The translations under genes and the position numbers were made by a program. 64,000 bases of DNA, from contig OY970178.1 of NCBI GenBank assembly GCA_963707915.1, forward strand, positions 2,976,001 through 3,040,000. Reading direction: 5' to 3'. The stretch is from Candidatus Eiseniibacteriota bacterium. Its GTDB lineage: Bacteria; Eisenbacteria; RBG-16-71-46. Below the pieces are notes generated by a model. It was not told where the DNA came from and did no database searches. It saw nothing but the letters and a program-made list of their open reading frames with translations. Below, one piece after another: positions 47,339-58,378 of the stretch; the stretch's first letter is position 1; every line of letters begins with the position of its first letter.

Positions 47339-47804
47339 GTTCGCCGTCGTGGTCGCCGTAGAGGTCGAGGAGCTGGATGCTCATCGCCTCGAGCCGGCGC
47401 AGGATGACCTGCGAGAAGCGCTGCATGAGCTCGTAGCCGAGCTCGGGATCGTTCGCGAACTTGCCCCGCAGGCACTTGCCGTCGAACGCCAGCACGCGCG
47501 TGGAGGTCACCGCGTGGACGTCGAAGCGCAGCTGGTAGGGCGGGATGAGCCACGACCAGCCGACGACGTCGTCGTCGCCGATGGTCTGGACCGTGAGCGG
47601 CCCGCGGCCGGGGGCGTGGATCTCGAGCGCCACGCGCCCCTGGCGGATGATCCAGAAGCGGTCGGCCGGCCCGCCGACCCGCCCCATGAACTCGCCGGCC
47701 TCGAAGCGCGCGTTCGCCGCGCAGCCGGTGATGACCTGGATGTGCTCGGGCTTCAGCCCCTTGAACAACGGCAGTCCCGAGACGATGGGCTCAAGCGTTT
47801 CCAC
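47331..47804 (-). CDS. Stand-alone cyclic-nucleotide-binding domain protein
   Basis: PLF.GL, F.AGE, G.V, GWSW..PP, RL; no HTH seen. Confidence 0.87.
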   Translation of the reverse strand: METLEPIVSGLPLFKGLKPEHIQVITGCAANARFEAGEFMGRVGGPADRFWIIRQGRVALEIHAPGRGPLTVQTIGDDDVVGWSWLIPPYQLRFDVHAVTSTRVLAFDGKCLRGKFANDPELGYELMQRFSQVILRRLEAMSIQLLDLYGDHDGEHE

Positions 47805-48951
47805 GGGGTCCCTCCTTCCGACGTCCGCGCTGCCGCAGGGCGCGGGCCTCCTCGGTGATGTCGATCCCGGCCGGGCACCAGGTGATGCACCGGCCGCATC
47901 CGACGCAGCCCGACGAACCGAACTGCTCGTGCCAGGATCCGAGCTTGTGGGTGAGCCACTGGCGGTGGCGCGAGCGGATGGACGACCGCACGTTGCCGCC
48001 GTGGATGTAGGTGAAGTCGACCGAGTAGCAGGAGTCCCAGCGCCGGACCCGGCGGCTCAGCCCCGCCGCGAGATCGGTGAAGTCCTCGGTCGTGACGCAG
48101 AAGCAGGTCGGGCAGACCGACGTGCAGTTGCCGCACGCCAGGCAGCGCGCGGCGATCGTGTCCCAGTGCGGGTGCTCGGGGCTCTGCGCGAGCAGGGCGG
48201 GCAGCCCCTCGGTCTCGAGCGTGCGGCCCATGCCCGCGCGGGCGCGCTCCGGCGCCGCCTGCGCGGCGCGGGCCTCGGCCGCGGTGGCGGCCGCGCCCGG
48301 CAGGGCGGCGAGGAGCTCGGCGCCGCGCTCGCTGCCGGCCCCGGCCACGAACACGTGGCGTCCGTCCTCGAGCAGCTCGGTCAGGACCAGGTCGTGCCCC
48401 GAGCGGACCTCGGGGCCGGTGCCCAGCGAGGCGCAGAAGCAGGTGCGGCCCGCGCGGCCGCACTGCACCGCGATGAGCAGCGCCCCCTCGCGCCGCGCCC
48501 GGTAGACCGGGTCGGTCACGGTGCCGCCGAGCAGGACCCGGTCCTGGACCGCGATGGCCGCCAGGTCGCAGGCCCGCAGGCCGAAGAAGGCCAGCCGCAC
48601 GGGCTGCGGTGCGCGCTCCATCAGCTCCAGGGCCGGGCCCTTGCGCCGCGCGTCGAGCAGCGGGACCGTGGCGGGGTGCAGCGCTCCCTTGGGCGAGGCC
48701 GGTCCCACCGTCCAGTCGAACAGCGCCGCCCCGTCGGAGGGCGTCAGGCGGTAGCGCCCGGCCTCCTGCTCGTCGGTCCAGCCGGCGGGCAGGTCGGCGG
48801 GGGTCGAGAGCTCGTCCCAGGCGATGGCCCCGTCGCGGGCCACGGGTCCCATGACCGTGTAGCCCCGGGCGCGCAGGAGCTCGAAGAGTTGGTCCAGGTC
48901 CTTCCGCTCGATGGTCGTCTGCCGTGCTTCCGCTGCCGGGCGCTGTGGCAT
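47791..48951 (-). CDS. Group 3b hydrogenase beta (4Fe-4S) subunit
   Basis: G.R.CD, C.....[37 protein letters not shown] 48951. Confidence 0.92.
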   Translation of the reverse strand: MPQRPAAEARQTTIERKDLDQLFELLRARGYTVMGPVARDGAIAWDELSTPADLPAGWTDEQEAGRYRLTPSDGAALFDWTVGPASPKGALHPATVPLLDARRKGPALELMERAPQPVRLAFFGLRACDLAAIAVQDRVLLGGTVTDPVYRARREGALLIAVQCGRAGRTCFCASLGTGPEVRSGHDLVLTELLEDGRHVFVAGAGSERGAELLAALPGAAATAAEARAAQAAPERARAGMGRTLETEGLPALLAQSPEHPHWDTIAARCLACGNCTSVCPTCFCVTTEDFTDLAAGLSRRVRRWDSCYSVDFTYIHGGNVRSSIRSRHRQWLTHKLGSWHEQFGSSGCVGCGRCITWCPAGIDITEEARALRQRGRRKEGPRGNA

Positions 48952-49040
48952 GGGTCCCTCGGAGAGCGTGCGGGGCAATACACCACCCCCCACGCAGGGA
49001 CTCCTGCCCCGCGCCGGGAAGCGGCCGAATCCGAAACAAA

Positions 49041-49056
49041 GGCACAACCTGTGCCG
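49041..49056 (-). promoter_or_regulatory. Possible sigma54 promoter or palindromic operator upstream of hydrogenase operon
   Basis: Minus strand CGGCACAGGTTGTGCC = GG-N10-GC; also an inverted repeat GGCACA-N3-TGTGCC. Confidence 0.5.
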
Positions 49057-49292
49057 TTCGCCCGGCCGCCCGGCGGTTGCCCTGAAGGGGCGGCGGGCAT
49101 CCGCAAGTGGCGCTATTCCAACGGATGACGCGGGCGGAGCGCGGTGCCGGGACGCCGGAGCCGGGCGGGTCCTGACGCTCGTGGCCGCGCCGGGCGGCAG
49201 GGCATGACGGGGCTGACAGGCCGCGGGTTCGTGCTCGGTCGCTCCGGGGCGACCATCCCGAGCCCCGCCCGGTGGCGGTCGGGGTCCGCCGC

Positions 49293-51014
49293 TCAGGCCG
49301 GGTCGCTCGAGTCCGACGGGGGTTCCTCGAAGGCGCGTTCCGGCTTCACGCGCTTGCCGGTCTTCTCGGGCCGGGCGGGCCAGAACACGCTGGTCCCCGA
49401 GTCGGCGAGGATCAGGGCCAGGGCGACCGCCGGCAGGCTCGCCGCGCCGGGGTGGACGAGGTAGCGCGGCTCCCAGCGGGGGCCGAACTTGTCCTTGAAG
49501 TCGTGGACTCCCTTGAAGCTGTAGAAGCGGTTCACGTGTTCGTAGATGAATCCCAGGGCGCGCTCGACCGCCGGCGAGTCCGGGTGGCCGCCGACCAGCG
49601 CCAGGGCGCTGAGGCCGAGGTTGAAGGAGTCGTAGCCGCGTTCGCGCGCCCACCGGAACGTCTCGATGAACAGGAAGTCCATGGTGCCGCTCTCGGCGCT
49701 GCGCCGGTAGCGCATCAGGTCCAGGGTCACCTCGTTGCGCCGGTACTCGGTGACCAGGTTGGCGAATGCGCGGATGCCCCCCGCGGGGCTGATCACCGTC
49801 ATCACCGGGGCCGGCCGCAGGTAGTCCTCGTCGAACCAGCCCAGCGAGAAGCGCTTCTCGGTCCCGTGCATGGTGGCCAGCCACTCGTCGCTCACCTCGC
49901 GCAACTCGGCCATCAACGCCTCCTCGAGCGGCGGATCGAGGGCGATGGCGCGGGCCCCGGAGCGCTGGAGACGGCTCACCACGTTGCGTAGCCGCTTCAT
50001 CCCGCCGCCTTCGAGGCTGAAGGTCTTCAGGTCCACGATGGCCTCGTGCCCGATGCACAGGGCCTCCAGGCCGGCCGCCCGGTACTCGTCGAGCCGGTCG
50101 GGGAAGGTCTGGTAGAACGCCGGTCGCCAGTCGTTGCGGCCGCAGTACTCGACGAACCCGGCGATCGCCGCCGCGGCGTCCTGCGGCGGGCCGATGGGAT
50201 CGCCGAGGGACAGGGCCACGCGGTTCTTGACCACGAAGGCGACCACCGAGCCGCCCGGCGTGAAGTGGAACGACTTGTCGTCCATCAGCGCCAGGCGGGC
50301 GAGCGAGGAGCAGCCGTGGGCCTCGACGATCCGCAGGGCGCGCTCGCGCTCGGCGGCGGTCGCGGGGCGCCGCAGCAGCACGGGGCGGACGATCAGGAAC
50401 AGCGCCAGGCTGCCGCTCGCCAGGCTGACCCCGTAGATCGAGGCGGCGAACCAGCGGCCGAAGTGCGTGACCGGCTCGAGCCCGGGGTCGTAGAGCTGGG
50501 TGAACATCACCACGGTCTGGCGCAGCGCCGCCCCCAGGCCGAAGCTCACGCTGAAGTGGTGGTCGAGCAGGTAGAATCCGGTCACGCCGTAGAGCAGCGT
50601 GAACGCCAGCGCGCCCAGCAGCACCCACAGGCCCTGCCGCACCGAGGGCGGATCCGAGCGGGCCTGGAAGTGGTGCTGCTGCGTGAACAGGAAGGCCGCC
50701 AGCATGGCGGCCACGGCCGCCTCCTCGAAGTCGAGGCCCTTGACGACGTGGCTCGCCACCGAGACCACCAGCACGGCCTCGGTCAGCAGCCAGGCCGCGC
50801 GCTTGCGCCGCGCGAGGTTCACGGCCAGCAGCAGGAGCACGAACCCCGCCATCGCCGCGGTGAAGTGCCCGCCATGGCGCAGGAGCCGCGGGACCCAGGG
50901 CTCGACCAGCCGGAGCCGCGTCAGCTCCGAGGGCGTCACGCCCGACAGCAGGTTGATGAACCCCATCGCGGCGGTGAGCGCCGCCGCGGTCCGGACCGCG
51001 CCCCGGCCTCTCAC
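49293..51014 (-). CDS. MprF/LysX-like aminoacyl-phosphatidylglycerol synthase (TM plus catalytic domain)
   Basis: L.RRKRAAW, KGLD.EEA, DK, GDPIG, G.EA..DL..F, EK.FS.G, DLMR, LGL..L, FK.KF.P.WEPRY. Confidence 0.9.
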   Translation of the reverse strand: MRGRGAVRTAAALTAAMGFINLLSGVTPSELTRLRLVEPWVPRLLRHGGHFTAAMAGFVLLLLAVNLARRKRAAWLLTEAVLVVSVASHVVKGLDFEEAAVAAMLAAFLFTQQHHFQARSDPPSVRQGLWVLLGALAFTLLYGVTGFYLLDHHFSVSFGLGAALRQTVVMFTQLYDPGLEPVTHFGRWFAASIYGVSLASGSLALFLIVRPVLLRRPATAAERERALRIVEAHGCSSLARLALMDDKSFHFTPGGSVVAFVVKNRVALSLGDPIGPPQDAAAAIAGFVEYCGRNDWRPAFYQTFPDRLDEYRAAGLEALCIGHEAIVDLKTFSLEGGGMKRLRNVVSRLQRSGARAIALDPPLEEALMAELREVSDEWLATMHGTEKRFSLGWFDEDYLRPAPVMTVISPAGGIRAFANLVTEYRRNEVTLDLMRYRRSAESGTMDFLFIETFRWARERGYDSFNLGLSALALVGGHPDSPAVERALGFIYEHVNRFYSFKGVHDFKDKFGPRWEPRYLVHPGAASLPAVALALILADSGTSVFWPARPEKTGKRVKPERAFEEPPSDSSDPA

Positions 51015-52018
51015 CGTGCCTCCGGGCGCAGCGAGCGGAGCCGCCGCAGCAGCAGGAACCCGACGAAGGTCGGCAGCCAGAAGGTCAGCCCGCGGAAGGA
51101 CAGCACGACCAGCGCGGCCGGCTCGGGGTGCACGCCGAGCGAGGTGTAGACCAGCGTCATCACGCCCTCGACCACGCCGATCCCCTGCGGGACCGGCGAG
51201 AGCAGCCAGCTCAGGATGCCGAAGGCGTAGCCGGCCACCACCACGCCCGGCCGCAGCGCCTCGCGGAAGGCGAGGAACAGCGCGCCGAGGCTCGCCACGT
51301 CGAGCGCGGTCATGGCGAGCGCGAGCCCGAGCAGGCGCAGCGGTCCCCACGGCCGCGCGCGCAGCGCCTGCGCGACCTCGACGAACTCGCCGGCGGTGCG
51401 CGCGGCCCACTCCGGGCCGAGCGGGCCGCGCAGCCGGACGGCCCGGGCGACGGCGTCGGTGGCGGCCGCCGTCCCGCGCAGCAGGGCGTGCAGCGCGCGC
51501 GGCAGCCGGAGCCCGAGCGCCAGCAGCAGGAGCAGGGCGGCGATCATCGCCCCGAGCGCGGCCGCGCCCCAGACCTCCAGGGGCTGAAGCTCGTGGCGCG
51601 CGGCCAGGTAGGGGAGGCTCCCGGCCAGCACCAGCGCCAGCGCCGTGAGGATGGCGGTCATCGCCAGCATCAGGCCGGCCGCGGCGCGGGCCGGCGACTC
51701 GCCGCGGCGCGCGGCGTCGTCCATGAACAGGGCGGCGCCGGCCGCCCCGCCGCTCGGCACCACCACGTTGGCGAACATCGAGCCGAGCAGCACGGCGAGG
51801 ACCTCGCGGAAGCGGCTGCGCACGCCCACGACGCCGAAGGCCGCCTGGCAGAGCGCGGCGTAGACCAGGTAGTAGACGCCCTGCGCGGCGGCCGCCGCCG
51901 CCACCCAGGGCCAGCGCCCCAGGGCCAGCGTGCGGGCCAGCTCGTCCAGCTCGGTGCGGCGCGCGATGATCACCCAGAGGAAGGCGACCACGGCGAGCGG
52001 GAGGATCCAGCGGCGCAT
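51011..52018 (-). CDS. MprF flippase-like membrane protein (LPG synthase TM family)
   Basis: Multi-TM; P.GG, PQGIGVVE, FR..TFWLP; coupled to synthase gene. Confidence 0.85.
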   Translation of the reverse strand: MRRWILPLAVVAFLWVIIARRTELDELARTLALGRWPWVAAAAAAQGVYYLVYAALCQAAFGVVGVRSRFREVLAVLLGSMFANVVVPSGGAAGAALFMDDAARRGESPARAAAGLMLAMTAILTALALVLAGSLPYLAARHELQPLEVWGAAALGAMIAALLLLLALGLRLPRALHALLRGTAAATDAVARAVRLRGPLGPEWAARTAGEFVEVAQALRARPWGPLRLLGLALAMTALDVASLGALFLAFREALRPGVVVAGYAFGILSWLLSPVPQGIGVVEGVMTLVYTSLGVHPEPAALVVLSFRGLTFWLPTFVGFLLLRRLRSLRPEAR

Positions 52019-52040
52019 GTCCCTGCCTTTCGGTACCCGG

Positions 52041-53080
<1,040 letters not shown>

Positions 53081-53084
<4 letters not shown>

Positions 53085-54614
53085 GGCGCGCCGGCTCCCC
53101 GCCGGCCGGTCATGTGGAGGCCCAGCGTGCGCTCGTCGGTCTCGGCCGGCCGGGTCTCGTGCACCAGACGCCCCTCGTACATCACGAAGACGCGGTCGGA
53201 GAGCGCGAGGATCTCGGACAGCTCGGAGGAGACCAGCAGCACCGCGCGGCCGGCGTCGCGCTCGCGCAGCAGGCGCTGATGGAGGAAGGAGATGGCCCCG
53301 AGGTCCACGCCGCGCGTCGGGTGGGCGGCCAGCACCACCGCCGCGCCGCGGCTCAGCTCGCGCGCGGCGATGAGCTTCTGCTGGTTGCCGCCCGAGAGCT
53401 GGCGCGCTTGCCGCCCGGGCTCGGGCGGACGCACGTCGTACTCGGCCAGCACGCCGGCGGCCCGCGCCTCGAGCGTGCCGCGCGTCAGCAACGGCCCCTG
53501 GCCCGAGTCCGGCTCGCGCTGGCGGCCCAGCACCAGGTTCTCGGCCAGCGTCATCTCCGGCACCAGGCCGCGGCGCAGCCGGTCGCTGGGGATGTGGGCG
53601 AGGCCCGCGGCCGCGCGCCCGCGCACCGTGAGCGCCGTGCAGTCCCGGTCGGCGATGAAGATCTCCCCGTGCTGGGCGCGCCGCAGTCCCGCCAGGCACT
53701 CGACCAGTTCGTGCTGACCGTTCCCCTCGACGCCGGCCAGGCCGACGATCTCGCCGGCGTGGACCTCGAACGAGGCGTGCTTCACCGCCTGCAGCCCGCG
53801 GTCGTCGAGCACGTCGAGCAGGCTCACGCGCAGCAGCGGGTCGCGCTCCTCGTGGTGGGCGCGGGCGCGCAGCGCCGGGATGCTGTGCCCCACCATGAGC
53901 TCCGCCATGCGCTCGACCGGGTGCTCCGCGATCGCGCCGCCGCCGACCACGCGCCCGCCCCGCATCACCGTGACGCGCTGCGCCAGCGCGGTCACCTCGG
54001 CCAGCTTGTGGGTGATGAGCACGATGCTCGTGCCCTGCGCCTGCAGCCTCCGCAGCACCTCGAAGAGGTCGTCCACCTCCTGGGGGGTGAGCACGGCCGT
54101 CGGCTCGTCGAGGATGAGCACCCGCGCGCCGTGGTAGAGCGCCTTGAGGATCTCGACCCGCTGCTGCGCCCCGACCGAGAGCGTCGCGATGCGCGCGGCC
54201 GGGTCCACCGGCAGGCCGTGGCGGGCGGCCAGTGCGGCCACCTCGCGCTCGGCCGCCGCCGGGCTGTAGCTCCCGAAGCCGCCGAGCGGCTCGCGGCCCA
54301 GCGTGACGTTCTCCGCCACGGTGAGCGGGTCCACCAGCATGAAGTGCTGGTGCACCATGCCGAGACCGAGCCGCATCGCCGCTGCCGGGCTGTGGATGCG
54401 CGCCACGCGGCCGCCGACTTCGATGGTCCCCGCAGTCGGGCTGGATGAGGCCGTAGAGGACGCGCATCAGCGTGCTCTTGCCCGCCCCGTTCTCGCCCAC
54501 GAGGCCGTGGATCTCGCCGGGCGCGAGTTCGAGGGAGACGTCGTCGTTGGCCACCACCGGCCCGAAGCGGCGGGTGATGTGGCGCAGCGAGATGGCGGGA
54601 GCGGACTCGGTCAT
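53081..54614 (-). pseudogene. Nucleoside ABC ATPase (two NBDs) with 1-nt frameshift near 54430; possibly an assembly error
   Basis: Walker [10 protein letters not shown] in one frame; [28 protein letters not shown] in another; junction GAC-T-GCG-GGG-ACC. Confidence 0.85.
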
Positions 54615-54781
54615 GGAGCGGGGAGCGTAGCCGGGGTGGCGGGAGGCGTCCAGCGCGTGCCGGCGCGCGGGCGCCGCGCCGCGCGCCGGCGGCCGGCGGG
54701 AGAAGACCGGCGGCCTGCGGGGTAGGAGGAAGGGGCGCGCCCGGGCTGCCGCATGCCCGGCGGCGCGCGGCCGGCGTGACC

Positions 54782-54790
54782 TGCTATAGT
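54782..54790 (+). promoter_or_regulatory. Extended -10 promoter of the isolated TWG-tail gene
   Basis: TGcTATAGT about 75 nt before TTG 54866. Confidence 0.45.
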
Positions 54791-54865
54791 CGTGCGTCGT
54801 CGGATTCCGGTGTCCGCCCCGCCGGGTGAACCAGTCGCCGTGTCCGTTCTCCAGGAGTCGCTCGT

Positions 54866-55639
54866 TTGAGATCCTTGACGCTGAGGCTCGCCCTCTGCCT
54901 GGTGCTGATCCTGCCGGGCGCCACGGTCCGCGCCGCCGGCCTCAACCTGGCATGGGACAAGTGTCTCTCCGACGGCGGCTCCCTCACGAAGCTGTTCGCC
55001 TGCAACAGCAACATGGGCTACGCCGACGTCATCGGCTCGTTCGTCCCGATGCAGCCGCACCCGCGGTTCGTGGGCATCGAGGTGAAGCTGGACGTGCAGT
55101 CGCAGTCGAAGGAGTTGCCGGCCTGGTGGCAGTTCTACAACGCCGGCTCCTGCCGCGAGAACGCCTACGAGCTGGTGACCAACCTCCGGGACCTGCCGCA
55201 GCAGTCGTGCGATGACGCCTTCGACGGGAACTGGTGGGGCGGGGTGGGCTTCTACGCGACCCCCGACCACCCGGTGTCCACCTACCAGGGCGGGCCCAAC
55301 ACGGCGCGCCTGGTGCTGGGCTTCGCCCGGATGTACTCGAAGAGCCTGGCGCCCGGAACCGAGTACTACGCCTTCCGCCTGCGCCTCCAGTACGAATCGA
55401 GCACCGGTGGCGGCGCGTGCGCGGGATGCAGCACGCCGGCCTGCCTGACGCTGGCCGAGGTGGCGGTCTACGACGAGTCGGCGGAGCCGCTCGACGGCAA
55501 CCTGTCGCACCCGCCCGACCCGGAGATCATCGCCCAGCAGGCGCAGAACATGATGATCAGCTGGCAGGACAGCGGCGGCAACTGCCAGTCCAAGGTGCAG
55601 AACAAGACCTGGGGCCAGCTGAAGAGCCTGTATCGCTAG
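54866..55639 (+). CDS. Secreted Cys-rich protein with TWGxxKxLYR C-terminus (paralog 3)
   Basis: AGGAG SD, TTG start, signal peptide, [15 protein letters not shown]...GSCR, CAGC.TPACL, ends [12 protein letters not shown]. Confidence 0.87.
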   Translation: MRSLTLRLALCLVLILPGATVRAAGLNLAWDKCLSDGGSLTKLFACNSNMGYADVIGSFVPMQPHPRFVGIEVKLDVQSQSKELPAWWQFYNAGSCRENAYELVTNLRDLPQQSCDDAFDGNWWGGVGFYATPDHPVSTYQGGPNTARLVLGFARMYSKSLAPGTEYYAFRLRLQYESSTGGGACAGCSTPACLTLAEVAVYDESAEPLDGNLSHPPDPEIIAQQAQNMMISWQDSGGNCQSKVQNKTWGQLKSLYR

Positions 55640-55672
55640 TCGCCGGCCGCGCCGCCCGGACGCGCGCGGACC

Positions 55673-56530
55673 TCACGCCGGCCCGGGCCCGCCCGCCGCC
55701 CAGGCGAAGCGCACGTTCTCCCGGTGGACGCCGTCCATCGGGTAGGCCGCACCCTTGCCGACGTGGTCGAGCGCCGCGAGCCGCTCCTGCGCCTGCCCGA
55801 GCGTGAGTCCCGCCCGGCGTGCCTCCGCGACGCCGGACTCCAGCGTGTCGAGGTAGGCGAGGTCGCGCCGGATGCGCGCCAGCGCCCCGGCCGCGTCCGC
55901 GATCGCGCCGTGGCCCGGCACCAGCGTGCCGATGCCGCCGGCCTCCGCCAGCCGCAGCAGGCCGTCGAGCGTCGCCCGGTAGGCCGCCGGCTCGCGGTCG
56001 AGCCACGGGATCTCCAGGTCCGACACCAGGTCGCCCGCGAACAGCAGCGAGCGCTCCGGCAGGTGCACGGTCACCGCGCTGTCGCAGTGCCCCGGCGCCG
56101 CGCGCAGCGTCAGCCGCCACGGCCCAAGGGCGAGCGCGCGCTCGGCCTCGACCGCGAGATCGGTCTCGAAGGGCTCGAAGCCGCGGTCCCACGCCTCGGC
56201 GAGGCGCGCCGCGTGCTCCGTCGCCTCGCGCAGGATCGCGCCGGCGTCGCGCCGCAGCCCGGCCCCGAGCCCGGCGTGCCCCACGGTGTCCGCCGCCGGC
56301 CACCACGGCCGCCCGAGCACGTGGTCCCAGTGCGCGTGGGTGAAGACGATGGAGACGGCCCGTGCCCCGGCCGCGCTCACCGCGGCCGCGAGGTCGTCCA
56401 GTTCGGAGGGCAGCACACCCGGGTCCACGAGCACGGCGTGCGCGCGGTCAAGCAGCAGCACGCTGTTCATCCAGAACACGCGGCTCTGCCGCACGAACAC
56501 GCCATCGCCGAGGTCGGTCCAGGGGGACAT
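55673..56530 (-). CDS. Metallo-beta-lactamase-fold hydrolase
   Basis: VDPG, THAHWDH, PGH, FAGD, VPGHG. Confidence 0.9.
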   Translation of the reverse strand: MSPWTDLGDGVFVRQSRVFWMNSVLLLDRAHAVLVDPGVLPSELDDLAAAVSAAGARAVSIVFTHAHWDHVLGRPWWPAADTVGHAGLGAGLRRDAGAILREATEHAARLAEAWDRGFEPFETDLAVEAERALALGPWRLTLRAAPGHCDSAVTVHLPERSLLFAGDLVSDLEIPWLDREPAAYRATLDGLLRLAEAGGIGTLVPGHGAIADAAGALARIRRDLAYLDTLESGVAEARRAGLTLGQAQERLAALDHVGKGAAYPMDGVHRENVRFAWAAGGPGPA

Positions 56531-56547
56531 CGCAGTCCGCCGCGCGG

Positions 56548-57582
56548 CTACTTCGTCGGCACGACGATCCGGCCGGCCACGATCTCGGCCTTGAGCGCGT
56601 CCACCTTCGCCTTCACGGCGTCGGGGATGAGCGCCTTGTTCTGGTCGTCGTAGACCCAGCCGACGCCGTCCTCCTTGAGCCCGAACTCGCGCACGCCGCC
56701 CTGCCAGCGCCCTTCCTTCAGCTCGAGGATGGTGTCGAAGACCGAGGTCTCGACGTGCTTCACCATCGAGGTGAGGATGAACCCGGGCGCCTCGGCCTGC
56801 TGGTCCGCGTCCACGCCGATGGCGTAGTTGCCCTTGCCCTTCTCGCGCGCCGCCTCGAAGACCCCGAGGCCGGTCGAGCCCGAGGCGTGGAAGATGATGT
56901 CGGCCCCCTGGTTGTACTCCGCCAGGCCCAGCTCCTTGCCCTTGGTCGGGTCCTTGAAGGCGGTGCCCGTGGTGCCCGCGTACTTCACCAGCACCTCGAC
57001 CTTCGGGTTCGCCGCCTTCGCGCCCGCGCGGTAGCCCGCCTCGAACTTCTTGATGAGCGGGATCTCCATGCCGCCGACGAAGCCCACCTTGCCGGTCCGG
57101 GTCACGAGCCCCGCGAGCGCGCCGACCAGGAACGAGCCCTCCTGCTCCTTGAACTCGAGTGCGACGAGATTCGGCGGGAGCACCTGGCCTTCCTTCAGCG
57201 TGTAGTCCACGCAGGCGAACTTCACCTTCGGGAACTCCTGCGCCAGCCCGTAGATGTCGTCGGAGAACAGGAAGCCCACGCCGAACACCAGCTGCGAGCC
57301 GCCGGCGGCGAGCTGGCGCATCTGCGCCTCGCGGTCCGAGCCCTCGCCGGTCTCGAGCGTGGTGAACGTGACCCCCAGCTCCTTCTGCGCGCGTTCGAGT
57401 CCGGCATAGGCGGCGTCGTTGAAGGACTTGTCGCCGCGCCCGCCGACGTCGAACACGAGGCCGACCTGGAGCGTGCCGGCCTTGGCCGGCGCGGCTGACT
57501 TCTCAGCCGGCTTTGCGCACCCCGCGGCGAGGACGACGACGGCGATCAGGGCGAGGATGCGCGGCAACGGGGACGACCTCAT
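56548..57582 (-). CDS. BMP-family nucleoside ABC substrate-binding lipoprotein
   Basis: Lipobox [42 protein letters not shown]. Confidence 0.94.
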   Translation of the reverse strand: MRSSPLPRILALIAVVVLAAGCAKPAEKSAAPAKAGTLQVGLVFDVGGRGDKSFNDAAYAGLERAQKELGVTFTTLETGEGSDREAQMRQLAAGGSQLVFGVGFLFSDDIYGLAQEFPKVKFACVDYTLKEGQVLPPNLVALEFKEQEGSFLVGALAGLVTRTGKVGFVGGMEIPLIKKFEAGYRAGAKAANPKVEVLVKYAGTTGTAFKDPTKGKELGLAEYNQGADIIFHASGSTGLGVFEAAREKGKGNYAIGVDADQQAEAPGFILTSMVKHVETSVFDTILELKEGRWQGGVREFGLKEDGVGWVYDDQNKALIPDAVKAKVDALKAEIVAGRIVVPTK

Positions 57583-58189
57583 CGGAACCTCCGGGTGGGG
57601 GCGGCTCATCGGGGGCGACCGCGCGGCGGCCCAGTTCGTAGCAGCGGCGGCAGCGCGCCTCGTAGAGATCGGCGCCCCCCACCACCACGCGTGCCGTGCG
57701 GCGCTTCTTGCGGTAGCTGCGGTTGGCGGGGTTGCCGCACACCACGCAGATGGCGAGCGTCTTGGTGATGTACTCGGCGATGGCGAGCAGTTGCGGCATG
57801 GGCTCGAACGGCTTGCCGAGGTAGTCCTGGTCGAGCCCGGCCACGATCACCCGCTTGCCGCGGCGGGCCAGGCGCTCGCAGACCCGGACCAGGTCGGGGC
57901 CCAGGAACTGGCCCTCGTCGATGCCGATGACCTGGGCCTCGTGGGCGTGGCGCAGCACGTCCTTCGCGGTCGAGACGGCCCGCGAGGGGATGCGCAGCTC
58001 CGAGTGCGACACGAGCTGGTCGCGTCCGAAACGGTCGTCGATGGCGGGCTTGAAGATGGCGACCCGCTGGCGGGCGATCTGGGCGCGGCGCAGGCGGCGG
58101 ATGAGCTCCTCCGTCTTGCCGCTGTACATGCTGCCGACGATCACCTCGATCCAGCCGGAGTTGACGAACGGTTGCGTGGGCTCGGTCAT
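57503..58189 (-). CDS. tdk: Thymidine kinase
   Basis: [30 protein letters not shown]...YEARCRRC. Confidence 0.95.
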   Translation of the reverse strand: MTEPTQPFVNSGWIEVIVGSMYSGKTEELIRRLRRAQIARQRVAIFKPAIDDRFGRDQLVSHSELRIPSRAVSTAKDVLRHAHEAQVIGIDEGQFLGPDLVRVCERLARRGKRVIVAGLDQDYLGKPFEPMPQLLAIAEYITKTLAICVVCGNPANRSYRKKRRTARVVVGGADLYEARCRRCYELGRRAVAPDEPPPPGGSDEVVPVAAHPRPDRRRRPRRGVRKAG

Positions 58190-58282
58190 GGTGGACGGAC
58201 GCTAACCAGCGGGGCGGGCCATGTCAACGGCCCCGTCGCCTCCGGCACGTGAACGCCACCCTGCCATGCGTCGGCACCGCCT

Positions 58283-58331
58283 CTTGATGTCGGCTTGATG
58301 GGCGGAGAACGCATCCTGACACCCCTCTGAC
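58283..58331 (+). promoter_or_regulatory. Direct-repeat boxes, possible KdpE/OmpR-family binding site
   Basis: CTTGATG at 58283 and 58294, CTGAC at 58316 and 58327 (11-bp period) upstream of kdpB. Confidence 0.5.
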
Positions 58332-58378
58332 CGGCGCCGGTGCTCCAATGGGGTGTGGGAAACGCGGAGGGTCTGGTG

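Noticed and set aside
48952..50628. 945-aa fusion upstream of hydrogenase beta subunit
   Set aside because: Upstream part is an off-frame reading of the mprF synthase and the intergenic region.
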